A stretch of 64,000 bases of DNA from Cyanophora paradoxa CCMP329. Its lineage: Eukaryota > Plantae > Glaucophyta. The stretch is from positions 186,001-250,000 of the forward strand of contig QPMI01000395.1 in the NCBI GenBank assembly GCA_004431415.1. The letters are read 5' to 3'. Positions 54,301 to 64,000 of the stretch are shown here, piece after piece (the first letter of the stretch is position 1; every line of letters begins with the position of its first letter). The notes beneath the pieces are model-generated. The model had not been told where the DNA came from. It made no database searches and saw nothing but the letters and a program-made list of their open reading frames with translations. A program made the translations under genes and the position numbers.

Positions 54301-57300
54301 CGCCAGGCTGCGCGCGGGACTGCTCGGCGGGCGCGAAAGGGTGCGAATCGAAGGGGGGGGGGGGGGGGGGGGGGGGCGCACAGCTCCGGCTCGTCGTCGT
54401 CTTCGACGTCCTCGATCTCCTCGAGGCGCGCCGGCTCGACCTCGCGGCTGCGCCCGGCCCCCGGCACCCGCTGCCCGCGCGGCGTCAGCCGCGTCTCGCT
54501 GGCGCGCGGGGGTGGGCGCACGATGGTGTGGGAGGCGCGTCCCAGGCCCGACCGGTTGCCCGCCGTCTGCGCCCCTCGCACCGCCGCCTCGAAGACCGCC
54601 GGCGCCGAGCCGCCGCCGCCGGCGCCCCGGCCGGCGGCCGCGGCCGCCGGTGGCGGGGCTCCTCGGTAGAGCATGGCGGAGAGGCGGCCGCCGGGCCCGT
54701 AGTCGACGCCGGCTGGCGGCGCCGGGCCCAGCGGCGCGCGCAGGGCCGCGCCGCCCCATCCCGCCGACGCGTTCTCGCGGGGGCCGGCGGCCTGCGGCGA
54801 TTGCTGCGGCGCCGGCGCCGAAGGAGGGCCCGTGCGGGCGCGGCCGGCGTGCATCTCGCGCGTGAAGGGAGTCTCAGCGACCACGAAATTCGAGGGCGCT
54901 GCGGTGCGAGGCGCTGCGGCGCAGGATGCGTGAGCGGCGCGGGCCCGGGCGCGTGGTTGTGCGGTAAAAGAAGGGCACCGGCCGATTCAGATGCAGGCTC
55001 GGGAAACGCGGCTGCTGGCTGCGCGGGCGCTGCGCAAGAGTCGGACGATGCACGGTGAGCCCCTTTCCCAGATCACGGCGCTCACCAGGCGGCAACTCCG
55101 GCGTCGGCGCAGCGGGCGAAGCGGGAGGGGGCAGCGCGGGCCGCGGCCTCGCGCCTCGCTGCGGCTGCGATGGCGCCGTCTCCTGGATCACCAGCAGCCT
55201 GGCCGGAAGTAAACACTCGAACTCAAAGGAAGTGTAGCAGAGTAGGACTCACGACCTGGCGTGCGCGTCTTCAAGACCGGCGACTTCGACGGGCGGCGCG
55301 TACGCCGCGGGCTGAGGCTGCTGCGCGTGTCCAGGCCTGCGCGGACGGGGAATCGACGGGAATCGAGGGGCAGGGACCTCCGAGAGCTCGAGCAAGGCGC
55401 ACCAGGGCAGCGGCTGGTGCTGAGGGTGCCACTGGGGCGGGGGCGGGGCGTGGTAGTGTTGCGGCTGGACTGGAGGGCCCTGCGGGTACTGCAGGCCTGC
55501 GCAAGAGCCTGAGAAGCGTTCTGGGCGAGGCGGGAGCGCGTTCGAACCCGGGAACATCGGCGGGGCGGGCGGCGCGCGGTCCACCTCTGCGATGAAGCCG
55601 CAGCCGCTCTGCCGGTCGTACTGGACGAGGCGCGTCCCCCCGCCGCCGGCCGTCGGGCCCCACGCCAGCACGCGGTCGGCCGGAAGGAAGCCGGCGGCCG
55701 TCGGGACCAGCGGCACCTGGACGGGGGCGGCGCCGCCGGCGGGGACGTGGGGCCAGGGTACGCCGGCGGGCAGGGTGGCCGCCGCGGTCGCGCCATGGAA
55801 GAGAGGGGCGGGAAGCGGCAGCGGCTGGGCGAGCGGTGCGGGCGGGGCTGGAGCCGGCGGGGCCGGCGCGGGCGCCGGGGGCCGCGAGGCAGTCATCGGG
55901 GGCCTGTAGGGCGGCGGGACCCTAACGGGCTGGGGTACCGCGCGAGCCGGGGCTGCGGAGGCGGGATCCGGGGCGGAAGCGGGCGGGGGGTACGCGTTTG
56001 CCGGCGGAGCGGGGGGTAGTGGCGGGTTAGGGGAGGGCGCGGGAGGGGGAGGAGCCGGGGCCGGGGCGTAGGGCGCGTGGAGCGCGGGAGGCGGATTGAA
56101 TGGTGCATGGCCATGGGGGGCCGGCGGGGCAGGGACCGCCTGGTCCAGGAGGAGGGAAGGGGGCTGCAGGTGCAGGAGCTGCGAGGGGGGCGGCCCGTAG
56201 GGGCTCCATGAAGACGGAAGCGGAGCCGGCGCGGCGGAGGGCGGGGCCGCGGCAAGCGGCCGCGGGGCCGGGGGAGGGGGCGGCGGAGCGGGGGGGTACG
56301 AGCCCTCGAAGAGGCGGGCGACGGAGGGCGCCAAGGGCTCGGGCGGTCGCTGTGGCTGTAGCTGTACCCCCGGCGCGAGCTCGCCCTCGTGCTGCTGTAC
56401 CCCCGGGGCGGGCTCCCCCTCGCTGCTGCTGTCCTCGGGCCCCGCCTCGCCGGCCTGCGGCGGCTGCGGCTGCTGGGCCTGCTGCGGCCGCCCAGCGACC
56501 CTCCGGTGCGGCCGCTGAGGCGCCTCCGCCTCCTCGCGCCACTGGTTTGGCTGCCCGCCGAACGGGTGCGGCAGCGGCTCGAGCAGCGCCTCCTCCACCG
56601 GCGCGAAGTCCGCCAGCCTCGGGTCCTGCCCTCGCCCTCAGCTAAGCTCTCCAATGCCTCTTTAGAAGGCGGCGCCGCCGCACCTTGGCGAGGGCCGCGT
56701 CGACGAGGTCGCGGGCGGGGCCCTCGTGGAGGACCCAGAAGTCGCGGGGCGCGAGGACCGCGAAGCGTGGGGCCGCCCGCAGCGGGCGCTGCTTCCCCAG
56801 CACGTCGTCCACGTCCCCCGCCGCCTTCTCCGTCTGCATACGCTTCGAAGTCAACGTCTTTCTAATCAGGATAGACGAGGGAGCGAGGCGCGCGCACCTG
56901 GCCCCACCACGCGACCCCGACCTGCACGTCCCTGCGCCGCGCGGCCATCAGCGGATCGGAGACGGGGCGGGCGGAGACGACAAGGCCGCGCGCCCCAAGG
57001 AGCCCAGGATGTGGAAGGTCTTGAGGGCGCGCTCGGCCACGTCGCTGTTGGAGACGGCGCCGGCGTCGGGGCAGTAGATCACCTGCGCGGGCCGACTTGA
57101 GCGCTTTCATGAGAGATCGAGTTCGCGCGGGGCGCGCCAGCCTCGTCCCGAGGCGCTGGATGCAGTCGCGGAGCAGCAGCTCCGAGCTCGCGAAGTCGCC
57201 CCCCGAGCCGCTGCCGGGAGGGGGAAAGGAATGAGACGAGGCTTGATCTAGAAAGACGAAGATCTAGGTCTTGAGCGCACATCCCCGCGCCGATGACGGC

Positions 57301-59331
57301 GAGCCCCGTGTTCGCGCAGACGACCAGAGGCTGCGATGCGCGGTTGGGCGATGCGAATGTAGGACGGGAGGGCTCCTAGCGACCTTCAGGCCGCCCTCGG
57401 TGAGGAGGAGGGCGTGGCGCGTCGTTCGCGCCGGGTCCTTCGGGCGCCACACGAATAGCGGGATCTGCCCGCTCCGCAGCTGCGCGCGCCCCGGTCGCGT
57501 TTATCTTTCCCGGGAAAGTGGGGCGGGGCGCGGGCTTCGGACCTGGTGGAAGGGCGTGCGGCGGGTGCTCCCGGGGGTCCAGTACCGGCAGATGCCGAAG
57601 CCCGGACGGGTCTTGACGATCGCTGGCGCAGAGGGACTCAGCCAGAGGGGAGGAAAGAGCTCGAGCTCAGCTCGGGCCGAGCAGGCGCGCGCGCGCGTAC
57701 CCATGGTGATGCGCTCGTCGATGTCGACGGCGGGCACGAAGAGGCCCGGCGGCCCCGCCAGCAGCGACTCCGGCACGTGGTTCTCGACGCTGGGGTCGCA
57801 CTCGCGGACCAGGAGCTCGTTCCCGGCGGCGTCCGCCGGCTTGACGCCGGGGAGGCGGACGTCCGGCGGCGTCTCCCGGAACTTGTCCTTCTTGAACTGG
57901 CCGCAAGCGGGCTTAGTCGCGCGGCGGAGAAGGTCGAGCGCGAACGGACGCGGCCGCTGCGCGCACGCGGTAGGGGTCCCAGGTGCAGACGTACTCGCCG
58001 CCGACGATGCGCTCCAGGAGCCGCCTGCAGACGCCGCGCGCCTTGAGCTCGTTGCGCTCGTCGATCTGGAGCCTCCCGGACATCGCCAGCGTCGGCAGGA
58101 TGCGGTGGACGTACTGCCGGGGTGAAGGCGGAGGTCAGGCCGGGCGGGCTGGCCGGCCGGCGCGCGGCGCTTAGAGGCTGCCGGGACCCACCTGGTGGTG
58201 CCGGGTGTCCTCGTCTAGCATATCTTCGGGGTTCGGGCTGGAGATGAGCTGGAAGTGCAGCTCGCCTGCGGGAAAGGAACCTCAGCGGCTCCGAGGCGCG
58301 CGCCGAGGAGCGCTGCGCGGGGCCGGCGCGCGCACCGTGGACGTTTCTGGAGAAGACGGGCACGGCGCCCGCCCGCCCCTCGAGCGCGGCCAGGTCCGGC
58401 ACGTCGCCCCAGCGCCGCCAGAGGTCCCGCATATCGCTCCGGCAGACCTCCGAGAGCTGCGGCGTCACTGGCGGGCCCGTCGGCCGCGCCGCAGCGGTCA
58501 GCGAGCACCGGCGCGGACTGCAGAGGTAGGGCGGCGGCGCACGAGAGGTCGAGAGGCTGCGGCAATCGCGGTCGCGGCAGGTTAGGATGGCGCGTGGGCT
58601 GTCTCCGAGACAGACGATGACGCGATACTCCAGCGTCTGCGCGCCGGCGTATACGTACGCGTCGTACGTCGCGCCGCATGAAAGCGATGTCGGGGCGCCG
58701 CGTTCTAGATCTCGGACCTTGTGCTCGCGCCCCCTCAGGAAGCATCGCGCGTGCGGCAGAGGGTAGAAGTTGATGAAGAACTGTCGCAGTGTCAGCGCAA
58801 GCGCATGCGTCGCGCCCAGATCTAGAGGTGCATTGCACGCGCACCTTCTTCTCCTTGAAGACGGCGCTGCAGCTGCGGAACTGCACGTTGTCGCGCTCGT
58901 TGTGGGCGTCCAAGGCCAGCCCGTCCAGCTGCCGGATCGCCGCGATGGCGTCCGCCGCGTTGTTCGCCAGATTCCACTGCGGGCGATGCGATGTGAGAAA
59001 TAAGCATACAGGGCCGCGTGCGATTGCGTGCGATTGCGTGCGCGAGGCACAGAACTCTAGATCTCCGGTCATCCATGGTCCGCACCAGGTTGCGAATGAA
59101 CCACTCGGGCAGCGTAGACGAGAGGCATATGCGTGGCTCGCTGATCTCGCTGGACTCTTCCTCCGCCGCGGCGGGCGCGGCTGCGGCCGGTTGCGGCTCG
59201 AAGAACGAGCTGTAATCGACCGGCGGCGGCGGCGGCGGCGGCGCATACGCGACATCGAGCAGCTCCGCTCTGACGTATTCGACGACATCCTCGACGCGGC
59301 GCCGAGGCTCCCGCCGACGCGGCTGCGGCAT
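50586..59331 (-). CDS. Predicted TOPRIM(primase-like)-Dicer fusion protein (multi-exon); alternatively two adjacent genes split near 54854..55250
   Basis: TOPRIM exons at 56684..57482, Pro-rich ORF at 55249..56598 and Dicer region at 50586..54884. In-frame GT-AG introns 55199..55252, 55030..55085 and 54914..54978 connect them, and there is no intergenic-like gap. Confidence 0.6.
53467..53560. repeat. Intronic (AAGCTT/GCTTA) tandem repeat within the Dicer-like region
   Basis: Tandem GCTTAA units visible in the sequence. Confidence 0.8.
56684..57900 (-). other. TOPRIM primase-like domain resembling cyanobacterial plasmid/primase proteins (DUF3854/CyRepA1-like N-terminus)
   Basis: VRLPGV, GLFVPAVDIDERITMG, LRSGQIPLFVWRP, LLLTEGGLK|P, VIGAG, VIYCPDAGAVSNSDV and VAWWGQ|TEKAAGDVDD, in the order expected for this family (family recognised from recall). 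Confidence 0.68.
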
Positions 59332-59386
59332 CTTTGGGGGTACAGTCAACTCAAACTTCAGTCCAAACTTCGGTCGAGTGGGAATC
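59332..59386. promoter_or_regulatory. Putative bidirectional promoter between the TOPRIM-Dicer and PIWI genes
   Basis: Only 55 bp separate the divergent predicted ATGs at 59331 (-) and 59387 (+). It contains a duplicated CAAACTTC. Confidence 0.45.
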
Positions 59387-62300
59387 ATGACAGGAGCGGG
59401 CAAGCGCCCGTCCGGGAAGTCGGCAATGCGTGCGCGACCGCCATCCGCGCCGTCGCAACCCCCGGCGGACGGGAGCTCAGCGGACGGGACGGCTTTCGTG
59501 TCCACTTTCCAGTTTGTCGACGTCCAGCAGCCGAGCGCCGATCCGCCCTCCCGGACGATCGCACAGTACGACATCGAGTTTTACGATTCAGACCGGGTGC
59601 GCTCGCGCGATGTGCGAGCGCGCGATGCGCGATATCGATGCCCATCGCATGCATGCGCATGGACGGATGCGCAGGAGCCGATCCTGAGCAGGAGAGTCTG
59701 CCGTGAACTTTTCAACAGCCTGCGGCAAGAAGGAAAGCTGCCCGGTGAGCTCGAACCGCTCTCCTTTCCGGAATAGCTAAGCATCGATATCGGACGCCGG
59801 GCTCGAACGCCTAGCTATGGCTATAGGCGCCTGGCCTGCTTGCCTATGGTCATGAGCTCTGTCCCGCCTGGCGGCTGCGCGTGCGCTGACCTCCTTGCTG
59901 CCGCTTGCAGAGGCCTCTGGTTTCGATGGCGGCAGCATCGTCTTCGTCAAGGGCGGCATTCCGAACGTGGAGGGCGATCCGACGCTGATTCGATTCAAAG
60001 CGGCCGTGCGGATCGGCGGCAGGCTCAGCGAGGGCGTCGTCGCGCTGACGCCGACCGCCGTTTTCGAATTCGATCCCAAAGATGAGCGCGCGAGGGCCGC
60101 ATGGGTCATCGTCCTGCGGGAGGTCAGTTTCTTTCTCGGCCGTTGAGCGCTAGCCAGCTAGGCTGCCGCTGCAGCTGGCTCAAGCTCGATGCGGCTCTCA
60201 GATGCAGCGAGCTGGCGGGCTGCACCCGCGGGGCAGGAGTGGCGTGTTCCCTGACACGGTCTCTGGCAACCAGAAGATCACGTTCAAAGACGCCTCCGGC
60301 CGGGACCGAGAAGCAGTGCGCCCCGGGCCCTTCACATTCTCGTTCCGCCGCCCTCGGCTCACGTGTACGGCATCTGCAGATCGTGATAACGGGCATCAAC
60401 ACGGTCCCGGGCCTGGTCTGCACGGCGGACGGTGGCGTGACGACGGGCTACGCGGCGGACATCGTGAGCCAGGTCGTGCGCGTGGAGACGATCCTGGACA
60501 CGCTGCTGGAGCTGCTCGAGGAGCACAGGGCGCGGAGGAGCGAGCGGCTAGTGGAGGCGTACGCTCGCCCCGAGTTCCAGAAGGTCGTGAGGCGAGAGCT
60601 GGAGGGCAAGACCTTCCTCACAGAGTGCGCGGGCGCCGTCGATCCCGCCCCCGCTCGCTCCGAGCTCGAGCTCGAGGGGCAGGCACGAGCGGGGCGGGGA
60701 CAAGCGGCGCACGATCGCGCGCATCGACTTCGCGCGGCGCCTTCGCGACACGTTCGACGAGGACCTGCCCGGCGGGGGCACGCGGGCCGTCAGCCACGAA
60801 GAGTACTTCCGCCGGGTCCGCGCCCGCCGCGGCTTCCCTGTTTCTAGATCTGTTTCTTTGTTTTTGAAGTGGTGCCGCTGATCTCTCGCGATCGCGAGCA
60901 GAAGCACCCCGACCTGGAGCTCGAGGGAGAGGACGACTCGCCCATCCTCGTCTACGAGCTTCCCCCTCGGTCCGCGCTGATCGATCGCTTGGCGCGGCTG
61001 CGCCGTGCTGATGCGCGCGCAGGACGCCAGGCGAGCGGCCGCGGGAGTGCTTCCTCCCGCCGAGCCTGGCCCGCGTGACGGGCATGTGCGCGCCGCCCCG
61101 ATTCGCTCGCCCCCCACGATCGCCGTCTGAACTGGCTTTCCAGCTACGACGGCGAGACGGAGCTGCGGCAGAAGGTCGTCGCGCTCTCCAAGGTCCGACC
61201 CGCCGAGCTGCTTCAGCTGCTGCTGCTGCTGCGGCTCGCGATCGCCGCCTCTTCTCCGAACGTTCTCACCGCGCCCCTCCCGCAGATGAAGCCGGAGGAG
61301 CGGGCGGTCAAGTGCGTCGAGTTCAGCAACAGGATCGCCGACGGCGGCGAGCGGCCCCTGGCCCCCGACTCGGCCGTCCGCAGGGCGGTCCGCCCTCGCC
61401 CTCGCCCCGCCCCGCCCCGCCCCGCCCCGCCCCGCCCAACGCCGCCTGATGGCGAGGGTGTCGGCAGCCGGCGGAGGCGTGGGGCCTGCGGCCCGTGCGG
61501 TCGCTCATGCAGGCGCAGCACGACGTGCTCCAGGTCGGCCCGGGCGTCTGCCCCGCGCGCCCCCGCTCGATTCGAACCGGATCCGCGCGCGCTCGCGCAG
61601 CCGCCGCGCATCCTCTCGGGCGGCAACACGAGCAACGACGTCGATCCCAAGACCGGTGCTCTTCCCTCCGCTCTGCTTTTCTGCCATCGCTTCGTCAGAT
61701 CAAAGCTGACTCTGCCCCAGGCTACTTCTCCTCGGCGGCGAAGAACCCGGTCTACGACCCCGTACCCCTGCTCGACTGGCTCATCGTGCACCCGCCCCCG
61801 GCGCCGGCGGACCCCCGGCGGCCCTCCTCCTCCCGTGGCCATGGCCACGGCTCCGAGGGGCCCGAGCTGGCCGACCGCCTCGCCACCCAGCTGAAGAAGG
61901 CGGCGCGGGCGGCCGGCGTCGACCTCTCCGAGCCGCGCGTCGCGCCGGCGAATCAACCCTCGCTCGCTGCGCTGCAGCGCTCCGGGGCCGTCACGGGCGC
62001 GGCGTACCTCGCTGCCCTCCGCGAGAACCTCCGGCCCTCCACACAGATCGGTGCGGCTTCATTATAACCTGTCCGCCTCTCAGAGTCTTCTTCTCACGCT
62101 TTTCAGTGTTCTTCATCCTGCCGAAGAATGCGAAGGACAGCATGTACGAGGACATCAAGGGCGGGACGATCCCGACCTGCGGGGCCGTCACGCAGTGCGT
62201 CAAGGCGGAGAGCCTGGTGCGGCCCTTCTTGCCTGCCTTCCCTCTTTTCGGTGCCGCCCCTGACGGAGGGCGCAGAGCAACCCCGGGAAGATCCTGCAGG

Positions 62301-63223
62301 TCGTCCAGGGCATCATCCGGCAGGCGCGCCGGCGCCCGGGAGATCGAAGCCGCTCGGGCCGGGCGAGCGGGGGCGGTTGATCGAGATCGGGTCGCCTGCG
62401 CAGGTCGTCTCCAAGTGCGGGGGCGAGGCTTGGCGCGCAGACCCCACGCGCACCATCGCCCCGCGCGGCCTCGGTGCGGCACTTTACTGAGCCTTAAAGC
62501 AGCTTTTAAGCTTTAAAGCGGTTTTAAAATAGCAGTTATTCAAACTTCGACTCGGACTTTACGCAGGGGACCTGTGCGTCGGGCTGGCGACGTGCCGCTC
62601 GACACGGCAGCCGGGGCACATCGTGGTCGCCGCCGTCTGCGTCGACGCCCGCACCTACAAGCAGTGCGCGCCCGCTCGCGCGCGCGCGGCCTCCATCCAG
62701 CCCGCCGCCGACGGCGCGCGCGCGTCGCAGGCTTGCGTCGGACGTGCGGAGCGTGCCGGCGGACGCGGACCGCGATCGGCGGTCGGAGGCGGCGGCGGTG
62801 GGCGAAGTCGTCGCCGCCGTCCTCTCCGACGCGGCGCTCAAGGCCGGCGCCCCGGCCGCCTCCGCCTCCGCCTCGGTGCGGGCCTTTATCTTCCGGCGGG
62901 ACGTGGACCGCCGCCGGCTGCGCGACGTCGAGCTGCCCGCCGTCCGCGCCGCCGTCGGGCGGGAGCTCCCGGGAGCCCTCCTGGGGTACGCCGTCTCCGG
63001 CAAGGCCAAGCAGCGCGCGTACTTCGTGCCGGAGGGCGCCAGCGCCGCCGACCCCCGCAACATCCGGAACCCCCCCGGTGCGGGCCTGCACGAACCCACG
63101 TACCCCCTCCCCTGCGGTCCGAATTCGCGTACCCCCCGCAGCGGGCCTCTGCGTCACGGGGGCGGGGGCCCCCGCCGACCCCGACGCCGCCTCGAGCTTC
63201 CTCGTCACCCACAGGTGGACTGT

Positions 63224-63256
<33 letters not shown>

Positions 63257-63730
63257 CCCTTCGCCGCTCACCCTCCCCAGCTCGCTGCCCGAGTCGAAGG
63301 GAACGCCCATCCTCTCCCAGTACACAGTGCGCGCGCGCGCCCGCGCGCCGCGCCCTCCCCCTTCTCAATCCATCTATCTATCCATCTTTCTCCCGTCGCC
63401 GAGGCCGACCGGACCCACCCGCCCGCCGCAGATCCTGCAGGACGAAACAGGCCTCGAGAAGAAGGCGTGGGCGCAGCTGACCCAGAACCTCTGCTGCTGC
63501 GTGCGCCGCGCCCCGCCACGCCACGCCATGCCGCGCCTCGCGGCTGACCGGCAGCTGTACCCGGGCCGCTCACCCACCGCCCTGCGACGCAGTACCCCAA
63601 CCAGCCGAAGGCAATCAACGAGCCCGGGCCGCTGCGGATGGCGCAGCGGGAGGCCGAGCAGGTCGCCTCCTGCGTCGCCTCGGACGCCCCGCCCCACCCC
63701 AACCTCCTCGAGACCCCCTTTTACCTCTAG
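59387..63730 (+). CDS. PIWI-clade Argonaute protein, predicted slicer-inactive (spliced)
   Basis: N domain (IAQYDIEF, FDGGSI). PAZ (IARIDF...SHEEYFR...PILVY...FLPPSLARVTG). MID pocket (MYEDIK, VTQCVK, VVSKCGG). PIWI (NPPGLCV, SFLVTH, KGT...YTILQD, LTQNLCC, YPNQP.AINEP). Terminal PFYL-stop. Confidence 0.85.
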
Positions 63731-64000
63731 TCCGCCCTCGTTCCCGCGGTCCCGAACCCCTTCTCCCCCTACGGCCCTTTCCCGCTGCCCTCTTTCCTGC
63801 TTAGGCCCTTTAATTTCTTCAGCCCGGCCCTCTTTCGTCCCGTCTCAAGCCGCACACGGTCTTTTGAGTTTTTTCCTGTCCTGCTCTCTTAGCCTCCGGT
63901 TTTTTTTTTTGAAAATCAGTCAGATTACGTTCAGTCAATGAATCAATTGCAATACGTTTCTGAAGTCCTCTGAAGTCCGTTCCCCCTCACTTGGCCCCTC

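Noticed and set aside
55000-59331. RdRP or DExD/H helicase upstream of the Dicer module
   Set aside because: No DxDGD or Walker A/DExH motifs were found. The motifs fit TOPRIM instead.
28000-64000. Many long Arg/Pro/Ala/Gly-rich ORFs on both strands
   Set aside because: These are expected shadow ORFs in very GC-rich DNA. The real genes are spliced and recognised by motifs.

Overview
The window has two parts. (1) 504..27781 is an apparently complete 27.3-kb endogenous Polinton-like virus (PLV/Maverick-type). It has ~1.68-kb terminal inverted repeats (TIRs), a 6-bp target-site duplication (CGGAGG) and intronless, AT-richer genes. These encode an rve integrase, a protein-primed DNA polymerase B (exonuclease domain degenerate; split by a probable homopolymer sequencing error), a PrimPol-D5/SF3 primase-helicase followed by an iteron-like palindromic array that recurs in the TIRs, a RING protein, an A32 packaging ATPase, an HNH-AP2 endonuclease, a major capsid protein, two head-to-head penton paralogues and a fibre module with phage-like domains. 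(2) 27782..64000 is very GC-rich, intron-dense DNA of a flagellated microbial eukaryote, encoding F-box/LRR, ankyrin, VPS2/CHMP2, kinesin-9 KIF9/KLP1, an H1-like tail protein and a lectin membrane protein. At its right end is the most unusual locus. A long minus-strand gene (50586..59331) can be spliced in frame, via short consensus introns, from a cyanobacterial-type TOPRIM primase-like domain through a Pro-rich linker into a helicase-less Dicer (platform-PAZ-active RNase IIIa-dead RNase IIIb). It sits head-to-head, 55 bp apart, with a slicer-dead PIWI-clade Argonaute (59387..63730). This is a candidate undescribed small-RNA system. All family calls are from motif recognition by eye, no database searches were run, and host exon structures are manual predictions.
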